From Callorhinchus milii (Eukaryota), in the NCBI RefSeq assembly GCF_018977255.1, contig NW_024704746.1, positions 29,698,001 to 29,762,000 on the forward strand: DNA of 64,000 nucleotides. Reading direction: 5' to 3'. Shown here one piece after another: positions 26,495-38,952 of this stretch (position 1 is its first letter; every line of letters begins with the position of its first letter). The translations under genes were made by a program, and so were the position numbers. A model generated the notes under the pieces. That model made no database searches, was not told the DNA's origin, and saw only the letters and a list, made by a program, of their open reading frames with translations.

Positions 26495-26880
26495 GAATGT
26501 TTATAGCACAGTTGGAGGCCATTCAGCCTTTCATCTCTGTGCTGGTGTTTGTTCTCTCCCTCCCTCCCCCCACAGCTATCCACCAAACTGATTCATTTCC
26601 CAATATTGCTCTTGAAGTACTTATCCAATTTCCTCTTAAATGCTGTTCGTGGACTCAGCTTCAACGGCCACACTCTTAATATCTTTCTGTGTTTAAAAAA
26701 TTCTAATCTCTCTTTTTTCTGCTAAGAGTACCCTCTTGTCACTGATCCATCGCTAATTGGAAATGCATCCACTGCACCAAAATCTTTCAGAATTTTGATA
26801 ACTTTTATTAGATATACTCCCACTTCCTCTGTTTCAGCAAATAATCTCAGCTTTTCAAGACTCTCCACATACCTGTCTCC
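26495..26880 (-). mobile_element. Decayed CR1-like LINE 3' fragment
   Basis: tatagcacagttggaggccattcagcc...ttatccaatttcctcttaaa pattern of CR1-type tails. Confidence 0.55.
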
Positions 26881-27587
26881 TTGAATTTTATGATCTTTTT
26901 GTTCATCTCTCTCCTGTTCATCAGCTACTACATTATCCTTTTTAAAGTTCTGGTGAAGAGGCAGCTTTTTGCAATGTTAACCTATTTTAAGAGCTCAGAA
27001 ACCCGCTTGTCTTCTTTCTATTTCAAAAAGAAGGAAACATTAAACGGAAAAGGCGAGTTCCAACCGAATGGAATTTATATTTCCGGGAGACACAAAAGTG
27101 TGAGTAAGAAAAATACTGTTGCTGTCATATTAAGGGTGAAGAAGCAGCAGTTTTACTTACATTGTATAGTTCCCTTCAGAAAAAAACATCATGTATTTTC
27201 TAAACATTAGGACCATAAGAAATAATAATCATTGCATTCGATATAACGCTTTATCACGTCTTCGAGATGTCTCAAAGCGCTTCACAGAATATACCGTAAA
27301 GCGAATTGACTGTATATTTCGTGGGCCGAACAATGTATTTTGAGTATCGACTAACTGCCAGAAATCACATCAAACTGAAGATCTGTATTCCAACTCGTTT
27401 TCATTTCTGGTTACGAATGATTAAATGCGTTTTTTTCAAAAAAAAATCACTCGCTCATTCATTCGTTTGTATCACGTTCAAACATGACAATGTTAAGCGC
27501 TCCGAGACACTGCCCTACATGAAGCGCACCGCATAAAAATAATAATAATCCTCGCATTTGATATAGCGCTTTTCACGTTGGGAGGAC

Positions 27588-28591
27588 GGGTGGGGGGGAG
27601 TGTGGGGGGGAGTGGGGGGGGAGTGTGGGGGGGTGGGGGGGGAGTGTGGGGAGTGGGGGGGGGGAGTGTGGGGGTGTGTGGGGGAGTGTGGGGGGGGGGG
27701 TGGGAGGGAGTGTGGGGGGAGTGGGGGGGTGGGAGGGAGTGGGGGGGGTGGGGGGTGAGTGTGGGGGGGGGTGGGAGGCAGTGGGGGGGAAGAAACTCTG
27801 TCGGAGTCAATAACTTCCATACAACAGAGAATGCAACTTCTATGAAGATTGTTTCTGAACTGATTTTTTTTAAAGAACCCTNNNNNNNNNNNNNNNNNNN
27901 NNNNNNNNNNNNNNNNNNNNNNNNNNNNNNNNNNNNNNNNNNNNNNNNNNNNNNNNNNNNNNNNNNNNNNNNNNNNNNNNNNNNNNNNNNNNNNNNNNNN
28001 NNNNNNNNNNNNNNNNNNNNNNNNNNNNNNNNNNNNNNNNNNNNNNNNNNNNNNNNNNNNNNNNNNNNNNNNNNNNNNNNCACCCCCCCACACCCCCACA
28101 AATTTGCAAACGAAACTCAGGGGCCATCCAATAACACGAGGGGTCGCGGGAGAAAAGCACTGGAGGTGAAGTACCCCTCTTTTTTTTTNNNNNNNNNNNN
28201 NNNNNNNNNNNNNNNNNNNNNNNNNNNNNNNNNNNNNNNNNNNNNNNNNNNNNNNNNNNNNNNNNNNNNNNNNNNNNNNNNNNNNNNNNNNNNNNNNNNN
28301 NNNNNNNNNNNNNNNNNNNNNNNNNNNNNNNNNNNNNNNNNNNNNNNNNNNNNNNNNNNNNNNNNNNNNNNNNNNNNNNNNNNNNNNNNNNNNNNNNNNN
28401 NNNNNNNNNNNNNNNNNNNNNNNNNNNNNNNNNNNNNNNNNNNNNNNNNNNNNNNNNNNNNNNNNNNNNNNNNNNNNNNNNNNNNNNNNNNNNNNNNNNN
28501 NNNNNNNNNNNNNGTGGGTGTGTGTGTGGGGAGGGGTGTGGGGTGTGTGTGTGGGGGGGGTGTGTGTGGGGGGATGTGGGGGGGGGTGTGG
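27588..28591. repeat. G-rich low-complexity arrays (GGGGGGAGTGT / GT) interrupted by N gaps
   Basis: Directly visible. Confidence 0.9.
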
Positions 28592-29139
28592 NNNNNNNNN
28601 NNNNNNNNNNNNNNNNNNNNNNNNNNNNNNNNNNNNNNNNNNNNNNNNNNNNNNNNNNNNNNNNNNNNNNNNNNNNNNNNNNNNNNNNNNNNNNNNNNNN
28701 NNNNNNNNNNNNNNNNNNNNNNNNNNNNNNNNNNNNNNNNNNNNNNNNNNNNNNNNNNNNNNNNNNNNNNNNNNNNNNNNNNNNNNNNNNNNNNNNNNNN
28801 NNNNNNNNNNNNNNNNNNNNNNNNNNNNNNNNNNNNNNNNNNNNNNNNNNNNNNNNNNNNNNNNNNTGTGACCCCCTGCAGATAGATAGCACTGCTTCCA
28901 CACCCCAAGTGAAACATCATTGGCAACACAGTATGNNNNNNNNNNNNNNNNNNNNNNNNNNNNNNNNNNNNNNNNNNNNNNNNNNNNNNNNNNNNNNNNN
29001 NNNNNNNNNNNNNNNNNNNNNNNNNNNNNNNNNNNNNNNNNNNNNNNNNNNNNNNNNNNNNNNNNNNNNNNNNNNNNNNNNNNNNNNNNNNNNNNNNNNN
29101 NNNNNNNNNNNNNNNNNNNNNNNNNNNNNNNNNNNNGTT

Positions 29140-29400
29140 TCAGGTTCAAGTCACAACAAAGTAAATGGTTTCATTTTCGTTTGGGGGATAAGAGAGAGAG
29201 AGAGAGAGAGGGGGTGAGTCCCGGCGATGCGATGCAGTGCGATCCACTCACCTGTTTCTGGTCACTTTGGTCGCAACAACGTCTCTTCTCTGTGCATTTG
29301 TTTCACCTCCAACAGCTTCACCTCCAACAGCTTCACCTCCAACAGCTGAGCGCACGCCCTGCGCCACGAAAACACCAACTGCACGCAGGCGCACACACAC
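29140..29400. promoter_or_regulatory. Candidate (bidirectional) promoter / first-exon region of PARP11
   Basis: Local CpG enrichment; ISRE-like GGTTTCATTTTC at 29167; NRF1-like CGCAGGCGCA near 29384; GTGAGT donors on both strands (+ 29214, - 29251); ~3 kb upstream of the first coding exon. Confidence 0.55.
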
Positions 29401-30593
29401 ACACATACACACACACCCCCCAAACCCCCATCACCACCATCACCCCCAACCCCCCCCCAACCCCCCATCACCATCAACCCCCAACCCCCCCCATCATAAC
29501 CCCCCACCCCCCCCACCATCACCCCCAACCCCCCCACCATCATAACCCCCAACCCCCCCCCATCACCCCAACCCCCCCCATCACCATCACCCCCCAACCC
29601 CCCCCATCACCCCCCAACCCCCCACCATCATAACCCCCAACCCCCCCCCACCATCACCCCCCAACCCCCCCCCATCACCCCCAAACCCCCCATCACCACC
29701 ATCACCCCCCAACCCCCCAACCCCCCCACCATCACCCCAACCCCCCCACACCATCACCCCCAACCCCCCACACACATCACACCCCCACACCCCTCCCCAC
29801 ACAACCACACCCCCACCCCCCCATCACCACACCACCCCCCCCACACACCACACCCCACCACCCTCCCCACACATCATAACCCCCAACCCCCCCCACCATC
29901 ACCCCCAACCCCCCACCATCACCCCCAACCCCCCACCATCACCCCCCAACCCCCCCCACCACCCCCCAACCCCCATCACCATCACACCCAACCCCCACCA
30001 TCATAACCCCCCACCCCCCCCCATCACCCCCAACCCCCCCCACCATCACCCCCCAACCCCCCCACACCCCCCAACCCCCCCCACCATCACCCCCAACCCC
30101 CCACACCATCACCCCCCAACCCCCCCCACCATCACCCCCAACCCCCCCACCATCACCCCCCAACCCCCCCACCATCACCCCCCAACCCCCCACCATCACC
30201 CCCCAACCCCCCACCATCACCCCAACCCCCCACACCATCACCCCAACCCCCCCATCACCCCCAACTCCTCCCACCATCACCCCCAACCCCCCACCATCAC
30301 CCCACAACTCCTCCCACCATCACCCCCAACCCCCCCACCATCACCCCCAACCCCCCCATCACCATCACCCCCCAACCCCCCATCACCATCATAACCCCCA
30401 CCATCACCATCACCCCCAACCCCCCCACCATCACCCCCCAACCCCCCCCCACCATCACCACCCATCACCATCACCCCCCAACCCCCCCACCATCACCCCC
30501 CACCATCACCCCCACCATCACACCCCACCATCACCCCAACACCCCCCACCATCACCCCCCAACACCCCCACAACCCCCACCATCACCACCCCC
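29395..30593. repeat. C-rich minisatellite (~CCCCCAACCCCCCACCATCA)n
   Basis: Directly visible, ~1.2 kb. Confidence 0.95.
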
Positions 30594-30629
30594 AGGCCCT
30601 GGTCAGTCTGTGTGTAAGGCCCACTCACT

Positions 30630-31021
30630 GTGTATTAGTGTGTGTGTCTGTGAGTGTGTGTATTAGTGTGTGTGTGAGTGTGTGTGTGTGAGTCTGAGAG
30701 TGTTTGTGTGTGTGTCTGTGAGTATGTATTAGTGTGTGTCTGAGAGTGTGTGTCTGAGAGTGTGTATTAGTGTGTGTGTCTGAGAGTGTGTGTCTGAGAG
30801 TGTGTATTAGTGTGTGTGTCTGAGTGTGTGTGTCTGAGAGTGTGTATTAGTGTGTGTGTCTGAGAGTGTGTATTAGTGTGTGTGTCTGAGTGTGTGTGTC
30901 TGAGAGTGTGTATTAGTGTGTGTGTCTGAGAGTGTGTGTCTGAGAGTGTATTAGTCTGTGTGTCTGTGAGTGTGTGTCAGTGTGTGTGTCTGAGAGTGTG
31001 TATGAGTGTGTGTGTGTGTGT
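30630..31021. repeat. GT-rich compound microsatellite (TGTGTGTCTGAGAG / TATTAGTG units)
   Basis: Directly visible. Confidence 0.95.
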
Positions 31022-31754
31022 AAATCACAGGCTTTGCTTTGTTGCTTCATGTAACATTTGACTTCAAAGCAGTGCTGATCATATGTTTTAAGTGTATTTG
31101 GCTGATCATAATTATGAAGAAAGTTCTGTTTTTGTCCCCAAGTTCAACACCAGAGATAAGAATCAAAACAGATTGAAGCTACACATACTCTGGAAGTTGA
31201 ATTGGACCAACTGCTGAGGCTTTATCTCACCCCAAATCCACAAAGAGTACCAGGTTAGAGCTAAACTTAATCTATATATACTATTTATATTAATTCTGCC
31301 TGATCCTTACTCCCCCTCCTATTCGGCTACGTGCAGAGCTTCATTAATCTGGTTTCCTTGATGGTTTTATTAGGACTCGTTGATTTTAAATCCAAACAAT
31401 CAAAGTTAATCAGAGGTGTAAGAAACTTTAAAAGAAAAACGCTAAACTTGACCAAATGCTTTTGCAACCTAAGTTTGTATGAAGGAATTAGATGGTGAGA
31501 TTCTTCAATGGTGTGGCTTCTTTGTGCCCTCTTCTGACTACAGATATCCATTGCAGCAAAATGTTTGTCGATTAAATGAGATAAACCAATTTCTTAAATT
31601 CAAAAGATCACAAAGAAAGACAAACTGAACAAGGCCTTTTGGTCCATTTGATCTCATTCTTCCACACGCCACAGTCCTCCCATCACAGCTTCTTCAGCTT
31701 ATTGTTTTTTAAATGAGTTCAACATCCTGATATCAAATATTCTTTCAGTCATTA

Positions 31755-32075
31755 ACAATAGCAAATTGCATTTATACAGCGCCGTTCACATTGGGATGAT
31801 CTCCCAAGGCACTAGGCAAAGAGTGGTTTGCACCCGAGCTTTGGGTTGGGATCAGAGAGGGATGGAGGGGATGTAAGAGGGTAGATTACATAGAATTACA
31901 TAGAAAATACAGCACAGAAACAGGCCGTTTGGCCCAACTGGTCCTGCCCTTCCTCAACTAAGCCTATCAGCATAACCTTCTATTCCTTTCTCCCTCATGT
32001 ACTTATCTAGCTTCCCCTTAAATACATCTATACTATAAGATGACCGAAGGCACGGTTGAAAAGAAAGGTTAATTC
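31755..32075 (-). mobile_element. L2 3' end interrupted by a CR1-like 3' tail (~31887-32035)
   Basis: caaattgcatttatacagcgcc L2 tail; acatagaattacatagaa...caggccgtttggccca CR1-type tail. Confidence 0.6.
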
Positions 32076-32556
32076 CTTTATGAGTAAAGAAATGCTTCCT
32101 TGTGTCTGTCCCAAAATTGAGTTTTGTGTCTCTAAACCTGTGTCCACTGATTCTATTGACTCGGTGGAAATATTATTTGGGAAATGATGATAAAGCATTT
32201 ACAAAATAAATGAAACATAATTTATAATATAGATTTTGACAAGTTGCATTCAAACTCCTTATTGACAGTGTAAACAGAACACACACTTTCATGTTCCTTC
32301 ACCATCAATCAAACATAATTTCCCATTTTAAATTTGATTTAAATAATTATCTATTAGTTTATTTAAGTGGTTAAGGGGGGGAGCTAAAAGTTGCTTATCC
32401 TTGTAAGAACAAGACACCATACTTTGTTACTAGAGCCTTTATTAATATTCAGATAAGGTTAATTATACATTTAATTGGCTGAATGATTCAATAAATGTTT
32501 TGAACTGCTTCAACAGATCTGGAGAAGTTGGTAACTGCCATATAGTGATCGAAAGG

Positions 32557-32676
32557 ATGGCTGGAGAAGAATCTGCTTCAGTGATGGAAGAGAGCAAGGT
32601 TGAAGATATGGATACGTCTGATACACAATGGAACTGGTTCTATTTGGGTGAATGCGGAAAATGGCACATATTTGAG
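32557..32676 (+). CDS. PARP11: PARP11 coding exon 1 (MAGEES...DMDTSDTQWNWFYLGECGKWHIFE), start of WWE domain
   Basis: Matches recalled human PARP11 DMDTSDTQWGWFYLAECGKWHMF. Acceptor caacag ends 32516, ATG at 32557, donor gag|gtgtgc, phase 0. The start codon is inferred. Confidence 0.92.
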
Positions 32677-32952
32677 GTGTGCTTTTTGAAAATTTTTATT
32701 CTTAGCTACCAGCCTGCTGATGTTCCAGTGAAAATTAGGCCACCGTAAGACTTATTTTGAGAAAAAATATACAGTGGCTGTGATCTAATCAACAGTTGCT
32801 ATGATCTGAGACTGTTCTTTGGAAAGATTTAACTACGTGAGTTAAATTCTAAATGGACATGGACGAGTCTGATTAAATTACAGGTGGTATTTCACATTGC
32901 CAGCGATTATATTTAACTGAGTTCTTTTAACACGTACAATTTGAAATGAAAG

Positions 32953-33320
32953 TAATAATAATAATCCTTGCATTTGATATCGCGCCTTATCACGTCTTCG
33001 AGACGTCTCAAAGCACTTCACAGAATATACTGTAAAGTGAATTGACTGTATTTTGTGAGTGGGAATGCGGAAGCCAATTGTGCACAGCAGTGACCCACAA
33101 ACAGTCGTGGATTGAATGACCAAATTACTGTTATTTTTTTGAAGGGATTATTACCCCCGGAAAGCAATCCACCAATCGACTTAACAACCGGGTTCCTACT
33201 TACTGCTGGGTTAAATAGAGGCGTGTGGAGTAAGGGAACTTGCCAAAGGTTTTGTCCTGCCTGGGAATCGAACCTGGGTCCTCGTTTGCGAGTGCTCTAA
33301 CCAATACCCTACAAGACTCC
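32953..33320 (-). mobile_element. Full-length tRNA-headed SINE, long variant, in a PARP11 intron
   Basis: Same head and tail plus an extra ~65-nt central segment (cccagcagtaagtaggaacccggttg). Confidence 0.9.
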
Positions 33321-33931
33321 GAATTGTTTTTTTTAAAAAAAATAAAGCAACTAAAAATGAATGTCAAATTAGTTTATGATCTATTCACCTGTCACTGCCA
33401 TTCTCCATGACGTATGATACATCAGGAGTTGTCACTTCGATACTGCATTATGCGCTAGCATTTAGAGTAATATGGATTAGTACACTGGTACTTCATTGAG
33501 CAATTATAATAATCCTTATATTTGATACAGCGCCTTATCACACCTTCTGCAGGTCTCAAAACACTTCACAGAATATACTGTAAAGTGAATTGACTGTGTT
33601 TTGTGGGCGAAAGGATTTTGTATCGATTGTATGATTTTATATCGAAATTTTCCATTGAATCTTCAATAAGAATACTTACTCTGTTTAACACTGGATCAGC
33701 AAGTGCAGTTGCACTTCATCTAAGTGAAAATAGTCATTTTTTGTCATCAGCCCATTCGTGCTCTTGTTGGATTATTTAACTACAGAGTCTTGTCAATCTC
33801 CAGTCTGCTTATGACAGCCAGGCCAGTGATCCTGGGTAGTTGGTGCACTGGTTGCACATGTGCAATATTGACAAACATCAAGCAAATGCTTGCATGATGT
33901 TTTGTTTTTCTTATATATTTTTTTATTTCAG

Positions 33932-34052
33932 AAAGATTCAAATATTCCTTGTTCTGCAAGTAGTGAAGACATTGAAAGAAGTTTCAGCATGAATCCACAT
34001 GGCAAAATTTCATTTTCTACCTCAAAATTCAACTATGTATTAGATTTTAGAG
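33932..34052 (+). CDS. PARP11: PARP11 coding exon 2 (KDSNIPCSASSEDIERSFSMNPHGKISFSTSKFNYVLDFR)
   Basis: Polypyrimidine tract + tttcag acceptor, donor g|gtaata, 121 nt phase 0->1; similar to human CSVSSEDIEKSFKTNPCGSISFTTSKFSYKIDF. Confidence 0.93.
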
Positions 34053-34154
34053 GTAATAAACATGTCTAATAATTGCCTTTCTCTTTCTGCGGTTCTACTT
34101 ATTTGTTACAGTTAGATGGAATGGATTTCAATGGAAATGTTACCTTTTATTTCC

Positions 34155-34512
34155 TGCCTTAGTCAGAAGGTGGTTTGTTCAAGCATCATGTCAATATTTT
34201 GACCTCAAGTCTATACTGAAACTCCAGTACTGGATTGTCAGAGGTGCTGTACTTCAGCTGAAATGTTACACTGAGGCCCCATCTGTCTGTTCAGGTGAAT
34301 GTAAAAATCCCCTGATACTGTTCAAAAGAGAAGTGAGTTTATCCAGGTGTCCTGGCCAACAATCTTCCACATAAATTGGCTATTCACTTCACAGCTGTTT
34401 GTGGAACATTGCTGTGTACAAATTGTCTAGAAATAATTATGACAGCAATCGCCTATGCAGAGTTTTGAGATGTTTTGACGTTATAAGTGCTTTATCAAAT
34501 GAAAGTATTATT
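34155..34512 (+). mobile_element. DeuSINE in a PARP11 intron
   Basis: tgtcagaggtgctgtacttcagctgaaatgttacactgaggccccatctgtctgttcaggtgaatgtaaaa. Confidence 0.75.
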
Positions 34513-34851
34513 ACTGTAACAAACAATCTCTGAGTATGCTTTCAACCAACACCCTCCTACCCTCCTCCTTGCCTCCCCAATCATTGATCCACATCAACTC
34601 TGTGAAGCTCTTTAAGACATTATTGTACATGAGCGGTGATATGTAAGTACAACTTGCTTGCAATTCAACCTGCTTGTCCCCGTTTCCAGAGTTCAATATA
34701 GGTGATTCTCCCTTATTGTCCTAATTCCTAATCTAAATCAAAAGTTTTCAAGGGAATGTTCCATCATACAGCAGTGAAACATTGATGTGGTTATCGTGTT
34801 CTAACCAACAGATTGGAAACGGCAAAAATGGAAAATTGTTTTCTGTTCTAG

Positions 34852-34927
34852 AAATGAAACAAACCAACACAAACACGGGGAAACAGCGTGCAGTGAAGCG
34901 AGCTCCCTTCTGTATCAATGCTTTTAG
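34852..34927 (+). CDS. PARP11: PARP11 coding exon 3 (EMKQTNTNTGKQRAVKRAPFCINAF)
   Basis: ttctag acceptor, ag|gtagga donor, 76 nt phase 1->2; WWE C-terminal motif as in human EMKQMNLTTGKQRLIKRAPF. Confidence 0.93.
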
Positions 34928-35871
34928 GTAGGAATTGTCTGATATCAACTGTTAAGCTAAAATACAGAGTATTATCAACATACAGTTGATAATATGATCA
35001 CAGAACTTTTCCTAGAAATCAGATGCAAATTATTTCTGGATAATTTTGTAACCATGATCTCACATGCATGAATCTTCTCATATGAATTTTGATACCCAGA
35101 ATTGACATGATTCTAAACTATATGAGAAGGAAACCTATTGTCCTACAATTTCTTGGCAATAAATGTGCATTTATCATCAAACCATAAGATTGCCGGCTTG
35201 CACAATCACATGGGGTGATCTGCCAATGATATCTTAAACCATCTAATCAGGACATTGTTTCAATTAAGGGTAAGAATAAACCAGAAATGTGACATTTGAT
35301 TCCCTCTGTAATTTGATAAATTATGGTATCTGTGAGGTTACGGAGAATGTCTCGATTCCAAAAAGAATGGGGATGGAATTGATGTTGATTGAAGTTCTAA
35401 ATAAATGCCTTACACTGCAGCACATTTCACATCAAAATCTAATCCTTGCAGAAAGAAAGCCAATGCAGTCTTCACTATAAGCGGAATAATGCTTGTGAGA
35501 TCATGACTAAAGAATTATCCAGAAATAATTTCCATCTAGAAAAGGCTCTATGATCATCTTTCCTGTATTTTCTTGTCTCTCTTGGCAATCTTTCAGTGAA
35601 GTATCGAAATGAGTGCAATAGAATAAAGCGTTGTATTAAAATAAATAAAATCGTTTTTTGGACGCATAAAACGAATTTCCAAATCATGTCTAAATACCCA
35701 AAATGCACAGTGCAATGTGTAATGGGGAGTGTTTGGATGGATGATGGGTCTGTATATTTTTGACTCGGGATTTGTAGGAAAAGTTCTATGATCAGATTAT
35801 CAACAATTTATTATGCATGTTGAATGATAACTTTCATGTGTTTGTATTTATTTTGCCTTTTGATTTCATAG

Positions 35872-35944
35872 TTTTATATGTGGAAACGAGCAAATCCCCA
35901 TACCTCCACATTGGGAGAATATAGACAAAGATATACCCTATCAG
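35872..35944 (+). CDS. PARP11: PARP11 coding exon 4 (SFICGNEQIPIPPHWENIDKDIPYQ)
   Basis: tcatag acceptor, cag|gtctgt donor, 73 nt phase 2->0; human SYICENEAIPMPPHWENV. Confidence 0.92.
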
Positions 35945-36026
35945 GTCTGTATGTTTATGCAGTTTAACTTAACAAACCATGAATTATTCAGCAATATATT
36001 AAATGAAATTACAAACTCCTTTGCAG

Positions 36027-36157
36027 CTCAGTACATTGCTTAAGTCATCGAACGAACATCAAGAAGTAGCAAAACTCTTTGGGCAAACAATGGATCAAAG
36101 TCGAATCAAACAAGTTCACAGGATTCAAAACTTAGATCTGTGGGAATTCTATTGCAG
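36027..36157 (+). CDS. PARP11: PARP11 coding exon 5 (LSTLLKSSNEHQEVAKLFGQTMDQSRIKQVHRIQNLDLWEFYC)
   Basis: ttgcag acceptor after an 82-nt intron, ag|gtaaga donor, 131 nt phase 0->2; RIQNLDLWEF motif. Confidence 0.94.
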
Positions 36158-36633
36158 GTAAGACTCTGTGCAGATGACTTATGAGACCTCAATTGGAATA
36201 CTGTAGACAATTTTGTCCACCCGACCTCAGAAAGTGCAAGAGACAGTTCAGAAAAGAATAACAAAAAATAATTATAGATTTGAAGCCTTGACGTCAGCTT
36301 CATTCAATTACCCAAACCGCTTGCTTACCTTTGCGTGAGAAGGTTGTGGTTTTAAACCCCATATTGGGAGTTGAGCTTATAAATGGCCTTGACTATCTGT
36401 AGCGTATGACTTTTGTACTGTGCTTATTTTGCTATATATGCGATTTGACCTATGTACTGCATTGTGGAATACATTTTTTTCTAGTATTCATGGTTCAAAC
36501 CAATCTGCCTTGATGCCTACCATCCTTTTCAGGGTATGAATTAAATAGATATTGAAAATACTGAAGTAGCAATGCATATCTGTGTGGATTTTGACCAGTT
36601 AATATTTAGACTGTTTTTTTTGGGGCCTTGCAG

Positions 36634-36785
36634 GAAAAAAATACATTTGAAAAAGATAAGACATGCAATAGACCTGAACGAAAGAATGCTATTTCATGGC
36701 ACGAGTAGTGAATTTGTAGAAGCGATATGTTTGCAAAATTTTGACTGGAGAATAAATGGTGTACATGCCACAGTATATGGAAAAG
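36634..36785 (+). CDS. PARP11: PARP11 coding exon 6 (RKKIHLKK...NERMLFHGTSSEFVEAICLQNFDWRINGVHATVYGK), catalytic His
   Basis: ttgcag acceptor, g|gtaaga donor, 152 nt phase 2->1; LFHGT PARP signature. Confidence 0.96.
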
Positions 36786-37777
36786 GTAAGAAGAAAAATT
36801 GCTTGAACGTAATTAAAATTAATAATTAGATTTTATTCAGTAAAATATACAGTGCNNNNNNNNNNNNNNNNNNNNNNNNNNNNNNNNNNNNNNNNNNNNN
36901 NNNNNNNNNNNNNNNNNNNNNNNNNNNNNNNNNNNNNNNNNNNNNNNNNNNNNNNNNNNNNNNNNNNNNNNNNNNNNNNNNNNNNNNNNNNNNNNNNNNN
37001 NNNNNNNNNNNNNNNNNNNNNNNNNNNNNNNNNNNNNNNNNNNNNNNNNNNNNNNNNNNNNNNNNNNNNNNNNNNNNNNNNNNNNNNNNNNNNNNNNNNN
37101 NNNNNNNNNNNNNNNNNNNNACACCACATACAACNNNNNNNNNNNNNNNNNNNNNNNNNNNNNNNNNNNNNNNNNNNNNNNNNNNNNNNNNNNNNNNNNN
37201 NNNNNNNNNNNNNNNNNNNNNNNNNNNNNNNNNNNNNNNNNNNNNNNNNNNNNNNNNNNNNNNNNNNNNNNNNNNNNNNNNNNNNNNNNNNNNNNNNNNN
37301 NNNNNNNNNNNNNNNNNNNNNNNNNNNNNNNNNNNNNNNNNNNNNNNNNNNNNNNNNNNNNNNNNNNNNNNNNNNNNNNNNNNNNNNNNNNNNNNCACAC
37401 ATCTACAACACACATCCACAACACCACGCATGCCTGTGTACAGACATACATTCCATACCACACACATGTGTACACACTCACTCACTCACTCACTCGCGCT
37501 CACCAAAATGGCCAAAGCTGTGGGAGAGCATCAGACCAGCCATTGAGTCTGTTCTTCCTTCTCCTTCTCCTCCCGCCCTCTCCTCAAGGTCTGACTCCCT
37601 CCCTCTCTGTGACTGACTCTCGCTGACCCGCTGCAAAGCTCTTTAAACTGCACAACGTGCTGCTGTTTACACCGACAGCCCCGACCTCTCATTGGCCACT
37701 GTGTGTTATGCTCCAACCCACCGCCTCAATCAACCGCACACCGCCCTTTCCCCTGAAGCGCTGTATCAAATGCAAGG

Positions 37778-37809
<32 letters not shown>

Positions 37810-38124
37810 GCCCGACCCTCCCAGAGCCACAGGGACCCCACATAGCAAAGAGAAGCCTTTTTCTGATCTCAGCCACTCTTGTGCAGACTGTTATTATTCT
37901 CTCATCGATTATTCAATCAATAATCGTTGGGGTCCGGGCAGAAAGAATAATAATTTGGCCACTCATTCCATGGACTTGTCTCTGGGACACTGCCGCGCGC
38001 AATTGGCTGCCGCGTTTCGCCCACAGAATACACGTTGAATTCAGTTTATTGTATATTTTGTGATAATATGGTAATGATTATTATCATTTGATAACTGATC
38101 CGATAGCAACTTTTAAGAGAGATG

Positions 38125-38470
38125 TACAACAACAACAAGATTTCATTTATAGAGCGCCTTTCACGTCGGGAGGACGTCCCAAGGCGCTGTACAGTTGGGT
38201 TGGGACCCGAGCAGTGGGGGGGGAAATGGTCAGGTAGGGAGGGAAGGGAGGAAGGGGGGGGGTAGAGAGTCGAGAGGGGAGCTGAAGGCAAGGCAAGAGA
38301 AAGGTTTTGAGACCGGCCTTGAAGGAGGAAAGGGAGGAGGCGGCGAAGGCACTGGGGATGGAGTTCCAGAGCCTCGGGGCTGAGAGGCTGAAGGCCACCG
38401 ATGGTCGGGCGTTGGGCGGGGGATGTGGAGCAGACCGGAGCCAGAGGAACGGAGGGTAGGGCATTGTACT
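38125..38470 (-). mobile_element. L2 LINE 3' end in the last PARP11 intron
   Basis: AFSLSAPRLWNSIP...SFKAGLKTFL on the - strand; (caa)n tail at 38127. Confidence 0.88.
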
Positions 38471-38520
38471 TCAGGTTCTGAAGATTATAATTTAACATGA
38501 GGTGTATTTGCCTTTAATAG

Positions 38521-38846
38521 GGACCTATTTTGCACGAGACGCCTTCTACTCCAGTCGATACTGTCGGTTAGATGAAAAACATGGATCAGCCTTTCAGAGT
38601 CTTGGTGTAATGCTCTCCCCATCGGCACCATTTCTGTGCAAGCCTCCACTTAAATCAATGTTTCTCGCTCGCGTTCTGGTGGGTGACTATGTAACCGGGG
38701 ACCACAATTATATTCGGCCTCCTTCAAAGGACGGAACATTTGTGAACCTCTACGACAGCTGTGTGGACAATACCTGGAATCCAAAGATTTTTGTAATATT
38801 CGATGCCAACCAGATTTACCCGGAATACCTCATCGAATTCAGTTAA
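38521..38846 (+). CDS. PARP11: PARP11 last coding exon (GTYFARDA...SMFLARVLVGDY...YDSCVDNTWNPKIFVIFDANQIYPEYLIEFS*)
   Basis: taatag acceptor, phase 1, TAA stop. Joined CDS is 999 nt = 332 aa with no internal stop; H-Y-I triad typical of mono-ART PARPs. Confidence 0.96.
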
Positions 38847-38952
38847 TCACAAATGAAGCCAGGAATTCTTTTAAAAAAGAACAGAACATAAAAAGGTAAT
38901 AACAACAACAACAACATCCGTTACCCGTCACGCCAGAGTGCTTTAATCACAC

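Noticed and set aside
29302-29346. (TTCACCTCCAACAGC)x3 as a CRISPR-like or coding repeat
   Set aside because: Simple 15-bp tandem repeat with no spacers, in eukaryotic DNA.
27493-30474. Long Pro/Gly/His-rich ORFs in the ORF track
   Set aside because: Artefacts of low-complexity repeats and N gaps.
36826-37616. ORFs spanning the N gaps in the last PARP11 intron
   Set aside because: Mostly X; the PARP11 CDS is complete without extra exons.
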